64,000 nucleotides of DNA from a virus (lineage: Duplodnaviria; Heunggongvirae; Uroviricota; Caudoviricetes), in IMG/VR virus record IMGVR_UViG_2778261667_000017. One strand, 5' to 3'. Position 1 is the first letter of the stretch, and each line of letters opens with the position of its first letter. A program made the position numbers and the translations under genes. Positions 38,459-48,064 of the stretch are shown one piece after another. Under the pieces are notes generated by a model. The model saw only the letters and a program-made list of their open reading frames with translations, made no database searches and was not told where the DNA came from.

Positions 38459-39292
38459 ATGCATGTTTTTGATAATAATGGAATTGAACTGAAAGCTGAG
38501 TGTTCGATAGGTGAAGAGGATGGTGTTTATGGTCTAATCCTTGAGTCGTGGGGGCCGGGTGACAGAAACAAAGATTACAATATCGCTCTTGATTATATCA
38601 TTGAACGGTTGGTTGATTCTGGTGTATCCCAAGTCGTAGTATATCTGGCGTCATCATCAGTCAGAAAACATATGCATTCTTTGGATGAAAGAAAAATCCA
38701 TCCTGGTGAATATTTTACTTTGATTGGTAATAGCCCCCGCGAGATACGCTTGAAGATGTGTGGTTATCAGGCTTATTTTAGTCGTACGGGGAGAAAGGAA
38801 ATTCCTTCCGGCAATAGAACGAAACGAATATTGATAAATGTTCCAGGTATTTATAGTGACAGTTTTTGGGCGTCTATAATACGTGGAGAACTATCAGAGC
38901 TTTCACAGCCTACAGATGATGAATCGCTTCTGAATATGAGGGTTAGTAAATTAATTAAGAAAACGTTGGGTCAACCCGAGGGCTCCAGGAAACCAGTTGA
39001 GGTAGAAAGACTACAAAAAGTTTATGTCCGAGACCCGATGGTAAAAGCTTGGATTTTACAGCAAAGTAAAGGTATATGTGAAAACTGTGGTAAAAATGCT
39101 CCGTTTTATTTAAATGATGGAAACCCATATTTGGAAGTGCATCATGTAATTCCCCTGTCTTCAGGTGGTGCTGATACAACAGATAACTGTGTTGCCCTTT
39201 GTCCGAATTGTCATAGAGAATTGCACTATAGTAAAAATGCAAAAGAACTAATCGAGATGCTTTACGTTAATATAAACCGATTACAGAAATAA
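38459..39292 (+). CDS. mcrA: McrA type IV (modified-cytosine) restriction endonuclease, HNH, 277 aa
   Basis: Near-identical to remembered e14 McrA; C-terminal HNH (CENCGKNAP...HHVIPLSSGG...CPNCH). Confidence 0.95.
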   Translation: MHVFDNNGIELKAECSIGEEDGVYGLILESWGPGDRNKDYNIALDYIIERLVDSGVSQVVVYLASSSVRKHMHSLDERKIHPGEYFTLIGNSPREIRLKMCGYQAYFSRTGRKEIPSGNRTKRILINVPGIYSDSFWASIIRGELSELSQPTDDESLLNMRVSKLIKKTLGQPEGSRKPVEVERLQKVYVRDPMVKAWILQQSKGICENCGKNAPFYLNDGNPYLEVHHVIPLSSGGADTTDNCVALCPNCHRELHYSKNAKELIEMLYVNINRLQK

Positions 39293-39528
39293 AATTGTTT
39301 ATTAAAGTCACATTTAAGACGTAATACCCTACAGGGTAAAAATTTTCTCTGATCTTAACTTCTGCAAATGTTAACTGCTATTTTTATGCTAAAAATGGTT
39401 ATCAAAACTCAAAAACACATGTTTATAATCAATGAGTTATAGAAATGCTAAGGGCTAATGAGTTATATGCAAATTAGTAAAATTATGTTGCTATCTCAAA
39501 TAGTTACGATTTAGTCATCTAACTAATG

Positions 39529-39690
39529 CTGCGCCATATGGGTTGGACTGAAGCGGCTGACCTGATTGTTAAAGGTATGGAAGGCGCAATCAATGCCAAG
39601 ACCGTAACCTATGACTTCGAACGTCTGATGGAAGGCGCTAAACTGCTGAAATGTTCAGAGTTTGGTGACGCGATCATCAAGAATATGTAA
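39529..39690 (+). pseudogene. icd: icd 3'-terminal fragment (last 53 codons of isocitrate dehydrogenase) at prophage junction
   Basis: Translates to [53 protein letters not shown]; no icd 5' part upstream. Confidence 0.85.
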
Positions 39691-39713
39691 TCACTACATG
39701 TGTTAAATATTGA

Positions 39714-39745
39714 AACGGGCGTATAACACGCCCGTTGTTTTATGA
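39714..39745 (+). terminator. icd rho-independent terminator
   Basis: Hairpin aaacgggcg-tataaca-cgcccgtt followed by gttttatg. Confidence 0.65.
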
Positions 39746-39756
39746 TGATTTAAAAT

Positions 39757-39793
39757 CTTCCCCAAAACTTTCCCCAAAACCCTTCCCCAAAAC
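39757..39793. repeat. Three tandem copies of (c)ttccccaaaac between icd terminator and prophage-2 int
   Basis: cttccccaaaac / tttccccaaaac / ccttccccaaaac; possible arm-type or accessory-factor sites. Confidence 0.6.
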
Positions 39794-39803
39794 TGGCTAT
39801 TTT

Positions 39804-40946
39804 CTATGCTGTTTTGATATCTACGATAATCCAGTCTTTACCACGATCATCATTGTATCGGTCGGTCATTTTTCTGGATTTATGACCTAACAACTTTTGC
39901 GTATCCAGACCCTGTTCCCGATATAACCGTTCTGACAGAGATCGCTGCTCATGAAATGTGGGCGCAGTTCCTTGCTCCCATTTTATGCCACATTTTTCCC
40001 TGGCCTTTTTAAAAGCCGTTGTAAGAGTATTTGCAGACACCTGGTCTCCTCTGTTTGCTTGAGAGGTAGTGTGACGGTAATGGACCAGATATTTACTAAC
40101 AACAGCATCCCTGCACTGAGATATAACTTCACGAAGGGTAATATTCAGAGCATCGCATTTCAGGTTAAGCGGAATAGCAAGTTTTGAACCGGTTTTTTCC
40201 TGAGTAATGTGCAACATGTCGTCCCAGATATCAGAGAATTTCAAATTGCAGATATCGCCTAAACGTTGTCCAGTGACAAGAGCAAGTAGCATCCCGCATT
40301 TTAAATAGGGCTGCCGTCTGCTTACGCTGTCAAATATTGCCTGCCATTCGGGCAGTGATAATCTTTGGCGGTTTACTCGATTTCGCGGTTGTTTTGTTGC
40401 CTGCGCTGGGTTAAATCCTGGCGGAACATGTCCGGCGTGTTGTGCTTCTTTGAAGACGTCGATCAACACCATTCTCACGACTTGCGCCATCCTGTTATGA
40501 CCTTCAGCCTTTACAGCATCAATTATTTCGGCAATATCAAGTGCGGTAATATCCTTGAGGTGTTGCATTCCACAATGCTCACGGAAAAGACGAATGGGTT
40601 TGCCTTTTTGCCGATAGGAGTTGGGTCTTAGTTCATTATGTTGCAGCCTGTCCTCCTGGATAGAAATATATTTATCAAGCCATTCTGTCACCGTAATGTC
40701 TGAGCGCCTGCCTTTCATTCTTTCCAGACGCTCATTGACGCTTAATATTTGTCGGGTACGTTGTTCAGCAATAATGGTATTTGCTTCAGTAGCAACTTGT
40801 TTTGCTTCATTCTCATCAGTTCCTAAGCTATGAAAACGACCGGATAGTGGATGTTTGTATTGCCAATATACCTTTCCGGTTCGCTTATCTAATTTGCAAT
40901 ATAAATTGGGTATAGAGATTTTGTGAGATCGGGGGCTAGCAGCCAT
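39804..40946 (-). CDS. int: Tyrosine integrase of prophage 2, 380 aa
   Basis: Paralogous to integrase at 1-1128; adjacent to icd fragment and xis. Confidence 0.9.
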   Translation of the reverse strand: MAASPRSHKISIPNLYCKLDKRTGKVYWQYKHPLSGRFHSLGTDENEAKQVATEANTIIAEQRTRQILSVNERLERMKGRRSDITVTEWLDKYISIQEDRLQHNELRPNSYRQKGKPIRLFREHCGMQHLKDITALDIAEIIDAVKAEGHNRMAQVVRMVLIDVFKEAQHAGHVPPGFNPAQATKQPRNRVNRQRLSLPEWQAIFDSVSRRQPYLKCGMLLALVTGQRLGDICNLKFSDIWDDMLHITQEKTGSKLAIPLNLKCDALNITLREVISQCRDAVVSKYLVHYRHTTSQANRGDQVSANTLTTAFKKAREKCGIKWEQGTAPTFHEQRSLSERLYREQGLDTQKLLGHKSRKMTDRYNDDRGKDWIIVDIKTA

Positions 40947-41172
40947 CAGCGATTATCCGTTGGAGTTTTGGGTTTGCGTTTATTGGGAGTTGCGGTTCTG
41001 CAAGCGTTCCTACAAAACGGGAATTTCGGTCAATCATCCAGTAGCGACCAACTTTTATAGCGGGTGGGGCCATCATTTTCCCTTGCGCGTATTTTTTCAG
41101 AACTCGCTCACTTGGTGCTAAGTCCCCAAATTCTTCTTTAGCCCAGTCCTGTAAAGTGATTAGTCGAGACAT
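40936..41172 (-). CDS. xis: Excisionase, 78 aa
   Basis: Overlaps int start; Xis-like motif (LITLQDWAKEEF...LKKYAQ...PPAIKVGRYWM). Confidence 0.75.
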   Translation of the reverse strand: MSRLITLQDWAKEEFGDLAPSERVLKKYAQGKMMAPPAIKVGRYWMIDRNSRFVGTLAEPQLPINANPKLQRIIADGC

Positions 41173-41311
41173 TTGTCCTCCTCTTAGCTGCTGAGGGAGT
41201 TTGTGACCGATATATCTGACATGATATTAAGCTCATGGCAGGTACATCTCTTGACTGGTCATAGAGATAAATTTAATGCTGAGAAATGCAGTATTGAATT
41301 TATCAATTTTT

Positions 41312-41551
41312 CTATTTCCTGCGTATGGCACGTAACTTCTTAATGTGTTCTGCTGTATCGATCTCTTCGGCTATCCGCTCTGATTCCACTTTACTCACAG
41401 GTTCAAAGTCATGATTAAAGCGGAACATGCTGGCGATACATGTTCTGCCTTTTCGGATGTAGTGAACTTTGTTGTGGGTAGAACGCAGGATTTTGCAGGG
41501 AGTGCCGTGGTGGTCGACGTACCAGGTGTTAGGAAAAATGATTCTGAACAT
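41312..41551 (-). CDS. Hypothetical protein, 79 aa
   Basis: ORF in the lambda b/ea accessory region. Confidence 0.5.
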   Translation of the reverse strand: MFRIIFPNTWYVDHHGTPCKILRSTHNKVHYIRKGRTCIASMFRFNHDFEPVSKVESERIAEEIDTAEHIKKLRAIRRK

Positions 41552-41598
41552 TTTTACACCTCAGTTGGACGATGTTGAAATTTGCTGCTTTGAGGCCA

Positions 41599-41817
41599 TT
41601 ACAATCCCCATTGTTTGTTCTTAAGTTCGATCTCCTCCTGGCAACTTGCACAAGTCCGACAACCCTGAACGGCCAGGCGTCTTCGCTCATCTATCGGATC
41701 GCCACACTCACAACAATGAGTGGCAGATATAGCCTGGTGGTTCAGGCGGCGCATTTTTATTGCTGTGTTGCGCTGTAATTCTTCAATTTCTGATGCTGAA
41801 TCAATGATGTCTGCCAT
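41599..41817 (-). CDS. TraR/DksA-family C4 zinc-finger protein (lambda orf73-like), 72 aa
   Basis: C4 zinc finger CCECGDPIDERRR...CRTCASCQ. Confidence 0.75.
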   Translation of the reverse strand: MADIIDSASEIEELQRNTAIKMRRLNHQAISATHCCECGDPIDERRRLAVQGCRTCASCQEEIELKNKQWGL

Positions 41818-41915
41818 CTTTCATTAATCCCTGAATTGTTGGTTAATACGCTTGAGGGTAAATGCGAATAATAAAAAAGGAGCCTGTAGCTCCCTGATGA
41901 TTTTGCTTTTCATGT

Positions 41916-42197
41916 TCACCGTTCCTTAAAGACGCCGTTCAACATGCCGATCGCCAGGCTTAAATGAGTCGGTGTGAATCCCATCAGCGTTACCGTTTCG
42001 CGGTGCTTCTTTAGTACGCTACGGCAAATGTCATCGACGTTTTTATCCGGAAACTGCTGTCTGGCTTTTTTGATTTCAGAATTAGCCTGACGGGCAATGC
42101 TGCGAAGGGCGTTTTCTTGCTGAGGTGTCACTGAACAAGCCCCATGTCGGCAAGCATAAGCACACAGAATATGAAGCCCGCTGCCAGAAAAATGCAT
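41916..42197 (-). CDS. Hypothetical protein (lambda early-left accessory ORF), start uncertain
   Basis: ORF in lambda orf61 position. Confidence 0.4.
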   Translation of the reverse strand: MHFSGSGLHILCAYACRHGACSVTPQQENALRSIARQANSEIKKARQQFPDKNVDDICRSVLKKHRETVTLMGFTPTHLSLAIGMLNGVFKER

Positions 42198-42207
42198 TCA
42201 GTGGTTG

Positions 42208-42399
42208 TCATACCTGGTCTCTCTCATCTGCTTCTGCTTTCGCCACCATCATTTCCAGCTTTTGTGAAAGGGATGTGGCTAACGTATGAAATTCTTCGTC
42301 TGTTTCTGCTGGTATTGGCACAAACCTGACTCCAATTTGAGCAAGGCTATGTGCCATCTCAATACTCGTTCTTAACTCAACAGGAGATGCTTTGTGCAT
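42208..42399 (-). CDS. Hypothetical protein (lambda orf63-like), 63 aa
   Basis: Size and position match lambda orf63. Confidence 0.5.
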   Translation of the reverse strand: MHKASPVELRTSIEMAHSLAQIGVRFVPIPAETDEEFHTLATSLSQKLEMMVAKAEADERDQV

Positions 42400-42554
42400 A
42401 CCGCCTCCCGTTTATTATTTATCTTCTCAGCCAGCCGCTGTGCTTTCAGTGGATTTCTGATAACAGAAAGGCCGGGAAATACCCAGCCTCGCTTTGTAAC
42501 GGAGTAGACGAAAGTGATCGCGCCTACCCGGATATTATCGTGAGGATGCGTCAT
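42372..42554 (-). CDS. Hypothetical protein (lambda orf60a-like), 60 aa
   Basis: Immediately downstream of exo as in lambda. Confidence 0.5.
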   Translation of the reverse strand: MTHPHDNIRVGAITFVYSVTKRGWVFPGLSVIRNPLKAQRLAEKINNKREAVCTKHLLLS

Positions 42555-43231
42555 CGCCATTGCTCCCCAAATACAAAACTAATTTCAGCCAGTGCCTCGT
42601 CCATTTTTTCGATGAACTCCGGCACCATCTCGTCAAAACTCGCCATGTACTTTTCATTCCGCTCAATCACGACATAATGCAGGCCTTCACGCTTCATGCG
42701 CGGGTCATAGTTGGCAAAGTACCAGGCATCTTTTCGCGTCACCCACATGCTGTACTGCACCTGGGCCATGTAAGCCGATTTTATTGCCTCGAAACCACCG
42801 AGCCGGAATTTCATGAAATCCCGGGAGGTAAACGGGCATTTCAGTTCAAGGCCGTTCCCGTCACTGCATAAACCATCGGGAGAGCAGGCGGTGCGCATAC
42901 TTTCGTCGCGATAGATGATCGGGGATTCAGTAATATTCACGCCGGAAGTGAATTCAAACAGGGTTCTGGCGTCGTTCTCGTACTGTTTTCCCCAGGCCAG
43001 CGCCTTAGCATTAACTTCCGGAGCCACACCGGTGCAAACCTCAGCCAGCAGGGTGTGGAAGTAGGACATTTTCATGTCAGGCCACTTCTTTCCTGAGCGG
43101 GGTTTTGCTATCACGTTGTGAACTTCTGAAGCGGTGATGACGCCGAGCCGTAATTTGTGCCATGCATCATCCCCCTGTTCGACAGCTCTCACGTCGATCC
43201 CGGTACGCTGCAGGATAATGTCCGGTGTCAT
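42551..43231 (-). CDS. exo: Lambda exonuclease (Red alpha), 226 aa
   Basis: Near-identity to remembered lambda Exo. Confidence 0.95.
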   Translation of the reverse strand: MTPDIILQRTGIDVRAVEQGDDAWHKLRLGVITASEVHNVIAKPRSGKKWPDMKMSYFHTLLAEVCTGVAPEVNAKALAWGKQYENDARTLFEFTSGVNITESPIIYRDESMRTACSPDGLCSDGNGLELKCPFTSRDFMKFRLGGFEAIKSAYMAQVQYSMWVTRKDAWYFANYDPRMKREGLHYVVIERNEKYMASFDEMVPEFIEKMDEALAEISFVFGEQWR

Positions 43232-44013
43232 GCTGCCACCTTCTGCTCAGTGGCTTTCTGTTTCAGGAATCCAAGAGCTTTCACTGCTTCGGCCTGTGTC
43301 AGTTCTGACGATGCGCGAATGTCGCGGCGAAATATCTGGGAACAGAGCGGCAATAAGTCGTCATCCCATGTTTTGTCCAGGGCAATCAGCAGAGTGTTAA
43401 TCTCCTGCATGGTTTCATCGTTAACCGGAGTGATGTCGCGTTCCGGCTGACGTTCTGCAGTGTATGCGGTATTTTCGACAATGCGCTCGGCTTCATCCTT
43501 GTCATAGATACCCGCAAATCCGAAGGCCAGACGGGCACACTGAATCATGGCTTTATGCCGTAACATCCGTTTGGGATGCGACTGCCACGGCCCCGTAATT
43601 TCTCTGCCTTCGCGGGTTTTGAATGGTTCGCGACGGCATTCATCCATCCACTCGGTAACGCAGATCGGATGATTACGGTCCTTGCGGTAAATCCGGCATG
43701 TACAGGATTCATTGTCCTGCTCAAAGTCCATGCCATCAAACTGCTGGTTTTCATTGATGATGCGGGACCAGCCATCAACGCCCACCACCGGAACGATGCC
43801 ATTCTGCTTATCAGGAAAGGCGTAAATTTCTTTCGTCCACGGATTAAGGCCGTACTGGTTGGCAACGATCAGTAATGCGATGAACTGCGCATCGCTGGCA
43901 TCACCTTTAAATGCCGTCTGGCGAAGAGTGGTGATCAGTTCCTGTGGGTCGACAGAATCCATGCCGACACGTTCAGCCAGCTTCCCTGCCAGCGTTGCGA
44001 GTGCTGTACTCAT
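43228..44013 (-). CDS. bet: Bet single-strand annealing protein (Red beta), 261 aa
   Basis: Near-identity to remembered lambda Bet. Confidence 0.95.
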   Translation of the reverse strand: MSTALATLAGKLAERVGMDSVDPQELITTLRQTAFKGDASDAQFIALLIVANQYGLNPWTKEIYAFPDKQNGIVPVVGVDGWSRIINENQQFDGMDFEQDNESCTCRIYRKDRNHPICVTEWMDECRREPFKTREGREITGPWQSHPKRMLRHKAMIQCARLAFGFAGIYDKDEAERIVENTAYTAERQPERDITPVNDETMQEINTLLIALDKTWDDDLLPLCSQIFRRDIRASSELTQAEAVKALGFLKQKATEQKVAA

Positions 44014-44018
44014 TCGTT

Positions 44019-44315
44019 TTATACCTCTGAATCAATATCAACCTGGTGGTGAGCAATGGTTTCAACCATGTACCGGATGTGTTCTGCCATGCGCTCCTGA
44101 AACTCAACATCGTCATCAAACGCACGGGTAATGGCTTTTTTGCTGGCCCCGTGGCGTTGCAAATGATCGATGCATAGCGATTCAAACAGGTGCTGGGGCA
44201 GGCCTTTTTCCATGTCGTCTGCCAGTTCTGCCTCTTTCTCTTCATGGGCGATCTGCTGGTAGTGACGCGCCCAGCTCTGAGCCTCAAGACGATCCTGAAT
44301 GTAATAAGCGTTCAT
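44019..44315 (-). CDS. gam: Gam (short form GamS), RecBCD inhibitor, 98 aa
   Basis: Near-identity to lambda GamS; CAGGAG RBS; upstream long-form ATG at 44434-44436 is out of frame. Confidence 0.9.
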   Translation of the reverse strand: MNAYYIQDRLEAQSWARHYQQIAHEEKEAELADDMEKGLPQHLFESLCIDHLQRHGASKKAITRAFDDDVEFQERMAEHIRYMVETIAHHQVDIDSEV

Positions 44316-44390
44316 GGCTGAACTCCTGAAAATGGCTGTGAAAATATCGCCCGCGAAATGCCAGGCTGATTAGGAAAACAGGAAAGGGGG

Positions 44391-44534
44391 TTAGTGAATG
44401 CTTTTGCTTGATCTCAGTTTCAGTATTAATATCCATTTTTTATAAGCGTCGACGGCCTCACGAAACATCTTTTCATCGCCAATAAAAGTGGCGATAGTGA
44501 ATTTAGTCTGGATAGCCATAAGTGTTTGATCCAT
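44391..44534 (-). CDS. kil: Kil, 47 aa
   Basis: [47 protein letters not shown] matches remembered lambda Kil. Confidence 0.8.
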   Translation of the reverse strand: MDQTLMAIQTKFTIATFIGDEKMFREAVDAYKKWILILKLRSSKSIH

Positions 44535-44667
44535 TTTTTGGGACTCCTGGCTGATTAAGTATGTCGATAAGGCGTTTCCATCCGTCACGTAATTTACGGG
44601 TAATTCGTTCAAGTAAAGATTCGGAAGGGCAGCCAGCAACAGGCCACCCTGCAATGGCATATTGCAT
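44503..44667 (-). CDS. cIII: CIII (FtsH inhibitor), 54 aa
   Basis: Translated from sequence: MQYAIAGWPVAGCPSESLLERITRKLRDGW...; GGAG RBS; overlaps kil by 32 nt as in lambda. Confidence 0.8.
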   Translation of the reverse strand: MQYAIAGWPVAGCPSESLLERITRKLRDGWKRLIDILNQPGVPKNGSNTYGYPD

Positions 44668-44739
44668 GGTGTGCTCCTTATTTATACATAACGAAAAACG
44701 CCTCGAGTGAAGCGTTATTGGTATGCGGTAACGCCGCGT

Positions 44740-45108
44740 TCAGGCGGCTTTGATAGTCATATCATCTGAATCAAATATTCCTGATGTATCGATATCGGTA
44801 ATTCTTATTCCTTCGCTACCATCCATTGGAGGCCATCCTTCCTGACCATTTCCATCATTCCAGTCGAACTCACACACAACACCATATGCATTTAAGTCTT
44901 TCGAAATTGCTATAAGCAGAGCATGTTGCGCCAGCATGATTAATACAGCATTTAATAAAGAACCGTGTTTATTTAGTCGGTATTCAGAGTCTGACCAGAA
45001 ATTATTAATCTGGTGAAGTTTTTCCTCTGTCATTACGTCATGGTCGATTTCAATTTCTATTGATGCTTTCCAGTCGTAATCAATGATGTATTTTTTGATG
45101 TTTGACAT
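44740..45108 (-). CDS. Hypothetical protein, 122 aa, in the ea10/ssb accessory slot
   Basis: AT-rich ORF between cIII and ral; no recognisable domain. Confidence 0.6.
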   Translation of the reverse strand: MSNIKKYIIDYDWKASIEIEIDHDVMTEEKLHQINNFWSDSEYRLNKHGSLLNAVLIMLAQHALLIAISKDLNAYGVVCEFDWNDGNGQEGWPPMDGSEGIRITDIDTSGIFDSDDMTIKAA

Positions 45109-45307
45109 CTGTTCATATCCTCACAGATAAAAAATCGCCCTCACATTAGAGGGCAAAGAAGATTTCCAATAATCAGAACAAGTCGGCTCCTGTTTAGTTA
45201 CGAGCGACATTGCTCCGTGTATTCACTCGTTGGAATGAATACACAGTGCTGTGTTTATTCTGTTGTTTATGCCAAAAATAAAGGCCGACTATGCGGCCTG
45301 AAATTAC

Positions 45308-45752
45308 TTAACCAATGATGCTGCATATTCGATAAGGTAAAGCTTTGGGGCCAGCCAAATTTTTAACCAAGTCATATTGGTTACTACACCAATAATAAAA
45401 ATCCCCCACAGAGTCAAAACTCCAACCAATGGCTGATAAGAAGGTTAATATCTCCTTTGCTATCCCAAACCATTGTCGGCCTGTATTTGGGATTTCCCCT
45501 CTCCCATGAGTATCCTTCATCACCGATTTTACCTGTCTCAACTCTTTGGCACTGCTTCTTCATAAACCAGAAAACCAGTGGGATTGTTAGAATGGCTATT
45601 AATGTTTTAATCAGACTGTCAACCATATTCCATAGCAGCAACTGATGAACAACATCAGGAATCTGCGCTTGGCTGAATGAAACAGCCGCGTCTATTCCAT
45701 TGCTGGCTTTTTGCAGTAGTTCTACGAGAATCTTGTTTGCTTGTTCTTCCAT
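45308..45752 (-). pseudogene. Possible frameshifted membrane-protein gene (two overlapping ORFs in different frames)
   Basis: ORF 45414-45752 has an N-terminal soluble region plus TM helix; ORF 45308-45541 overlaps it by 128 nt in another frame. Confidence 0.3.
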
Positions 45753-45811
45753 ATATCCCCTTGATTGTAATAAGCATGAAATTATTTACGGCCAAAAAAT
45801 AAAGGCCACCA

Positions 45812-46012
45812 TCAGGCAGCCTTGTTATTCTGTTTACCAAGTTCTCTGGCAATCATTGCCGTCGTTCGTATTGCCCATTTATCGACATATTTCCCATCTT
45901 CCATTACAGGAAACATTTCTTCAGGCTTAACCATGCATTCCGATTGCAGCTTGCATCCATTGCATCGTTTGAATTGTCCACACCATTGATTTGTATCAAT
46001 AGTCGTAGTCAT
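45812..46012 (-). CDS. ral: Ral (restriction alleviation), 66 aa
   Basis: Sequence matches remembered lambda Ral; position left of N. Confidence 0.75.
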   Translation of the reverse strand: MTTTIDTNQWCGQFKRCNGCKLQSECMVKPEEMFPVMEDGKYVDKWAIRTTAMIARELGKQNNKAA

Positions 46013-46225
46013 ACGGATAGTCCTGGTATTGTTCCATCACATCCTGAGGATGCTCTTCGAACTCTTCAAATTCTTCTTCCATATATCACCTTAAATAGTG
46101 GATTGCGGTAGTAAAGATTGTGCCTGTCTTTTAACCACATCAGGCTCGGTGGTTCTCATGTACCACTACAGCGAGAAATCGGATAAACTCTATTCACCCC
46201 TACAGAGAGCAAAAGAGAAACGCCG

Positions 46226-46807
46226 ATGAACAACTCATGGTGGCAGGAACTAATGCATTTTTTCCTGCAAGGAATGACACTTAAACAGTTGATTCATATG
46301 CTAATCATCCTGATCATATTGATTATTGTTATGCCGGTAAGCGTAAAAGAATGGATAAACCTGCATAATCCAGAAATCCTTCCTCATTACTGGATGTATT
46401 ACATCCTGTTGTTTTGCGTTAGCTATGTGCTTAACGGCGTTGTTAATTCCGCTTATCACGCTGTGACTGAAAGAATTGAGGTATCCGCTGCTCAGAAGCG
46501 CAAATCTAAAGAAGAAAAATATGTGCAAGATTTGTTTGATTCATTAACTCTTGGAGAAAGAGCGTATTTGGCATTTGCTGTAGCCGCTAATAACCAGCTA
46601 CAAACGGAAAAGGGAGCTCATGAATCAATTTCATTGCTCAAAAAAGGACTCCTCGCTCGAAGGCCTCCTGCTGTTGGATATCCTGATACCGACCGTTTCG
46701 TTATCCCTGAAAGCTATAGACATGAGTGCTACATTAGGTTTGCCGGGAAGGCAGACAGCCTTATGGATGAACTTATCGCTCAGGATAAGCATGGCAAAAA
46801 CAAGTAA
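46226..46807 (+). CDS. sieB: Superinfection exclusion protein SieB, 193 aa
   Basis: Hydrophobic N-terminal half with TM helices; size and position match lambda/P22 sieB. Confidence 0.75.
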   Translation: MNNSWWQELMHFFLQGMTLKQLIHMLIILIILIIVMPVSVKEWINLHNPEILPHYWMYYILLFCVSYVLNGVVNSAYHAVTERIEVSAAQKRKSKEEKYVQDLFDSLTLGERAYLAFAVAANNQLQTEKGAHESISLLKKGLLARRPPAVGYPDTDRFVIPESYRHECYIRFAGKADSLMDELIAQDKHGKNK

Positions 46808-46823
46808 TTAGCAAATGAATTTA

Positions 46824-47096
46824 TCATCTCGCCGTCAGTTGTTTTGATTTCCGGTAGCCTGCCGCGTAAATGGCTACGTTTGGCAGGCAAATACTTCCAC
46901 TGCATTCATCTGCCTTCTTGCAGCGAAGGCTTCCGAGTGATGCTGCTTTGTCTGCTCTGACGCAACCAGAGAGCTTTAGCGCAATTTTTCGCGCCAGTCG
47001 CTGTTCTTGCATTGCCTGCTCACGTTGAGCCTGTCTGCGTGCTCTGCGGCGATTTCTGGCGTTATCGTCAGCCAGATATGTAATGACTACTGCCAT
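46824..47096 (-). CDS. N: N-type antiterminator (P22 gp24-like), 90 aa
   Basis: Arginine-rich RNA-binding motif NARNRRRARRQAQ; C-terminus LPNVAIYAAGYRKSKQLTAR; first gene left of the immunity region. Confidence 0.75.
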   Translation of the reverse strand: MAVVITYLADDNARNRRRARRQAQREQAMQEQRLARKIALKLSGCVRADKAASLGSLRCKKADECSGSICLPNVAIYAAGYRKSKQLTAR

Positions 47097-47395
47097 GTTG
47101 ACCTCCGATGATTGACTTTGGCGGTGACGCGCCGGGTGCTTATCTTCCGGTTGCCGTCGTGCAGCTGCACTTCACGTCACCCCACCCCAAAGCCAACTAC
47201 TCTTTGGTTCCCGCATTTCGGCGGGACAATCCCATCAATGTTAAAGAGCCTGCCAATCTGTTCCGTTTGGCTACCAGCGTCCTGCTGATGACTTAAATTT
47301 AAGATTTCTTTAATTGCTGGTCAAGGGTGTTTTTGAAGAAAACTTAAATTTTATTGCGAAGTTTAAGTTTTGCTTTGATTTTTAAAGGAAAGAAA

Positions 47396-47420
47396 AAAAG
47401 GGGCGAATGCCCCTTATGGA
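47396..47420 (-). terminator. Rho-independent terminator directly after the repressor stop
   Basis: On minus strand: ggggc-attc-gcccc followed by tttttttt. Confidence 0.55.
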
Positions 47421-48064
47421 AGGTTTGCTATTTTTGCATCGACAACTACACCGATGATTTTGCAGTTCCCGTTGATCTCAATCATCGGATATTGTGGGTT
47501 AAGTGGTTTTAGAAACCTTCTGCCAGCATCAATAACTAACTTCTTGAAAGTTGCCTCGTTTTCTCCTTCGAGCTTTGCCACTACCAGCTTCCCATTACGA
47601 GGTTCTACTTCAGGATCGACTAGTATTATCATCCCTTCCGGGATGCTAAGACCGGCTGGAGCCGTCATCGAATCACCCTTTACGTCCAGCCAAAACGAAT
47701 CTTCTGAACAATCTACGGTTGTATCGTACCAGTTATCTATTGCACGCTTATGATATGGCTCTACAGCTTCCATCCAACATCCTGCGCTTACCCAACTAAT
47801 TAGAGGATACGAACCTCTTGGATCATGCCTGCTGTGATAGGCAATGTTTGAAAGACTATCTTCTCCTTTCAACAAGTAATCAGGGGAGCACTGTAAAGCC
47901 TTGGCTAAAGCCAATAGGTTTTCGCCATTGGGCTCAGTTTCAGAACGCTCCCATTGGGAAATAGCAACATTAGACACGCCAACCATCTTGCCAAGGGCAG
48001 CCTGCCTAATCTTAAGTTCTTTTCTGCGAGCGCGAATACGCTCACCCATCAGTTGTGTATTCAT
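47414..48064 (-). CDS. c2: P22 C2-type repressor (HTH + S24 peptidase), 216 aa
   Basis: Near-identity to remembered P22 C2 N-terminus (MNTQLMGERIRARRKELKIRQAALGKMVGVSNVAISQWERSETEPNGENLLAL). Confidence 0.95.
   Translation of the reverse strand: MNTQLMGERIRARRKELKIRQAALGKMVGVSNVAISQWERSETEPNGENLLALAKALQCSPDYLLKGEDSLSNIAYHSRHDPRGSYPLISWVSAGCWMEAVEPYHKRAIDNWYDTTVDCSEDSFWLDVKGDSMTAPAGLSIPEGMIILVDPEVEPRNGKLVVAKLEGENEATFKKLVIDAGRRFLKPLNPQYPMIEINGNCKIIGVVVDAKIANLP

Larger units (their letters stand above)
1..39528. mobile_element. Prophage 1: e14-like lambdoid prophage integrated at icd (left att outside window)
   Basis: Continuous phage gene order int-xis-early genes-cI/cro-replication-Q-lysis-terminase-head-tail-pin-mcrA, followed by an icd 3' fragment. 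Confidence 0.85.

Noticed and set aside
39529-39690. Intact icd gene
   Set aside because: Only the last 53 codons are present, with phage DNA directly upstream; it is a 3' fragment at a prophage junction.
44316-44436. Full-length 138-aa GamL
   Set aside because: The upstream ATG is in a different frame from the 98-aa ORF, so only GamS is annotated.
47108-47296. 62-aa plus-strand ORF between N and c2
   Set aside because: Lies in the region that should hold pL/OL/nutL; no RBS and no support from lambda gene order.
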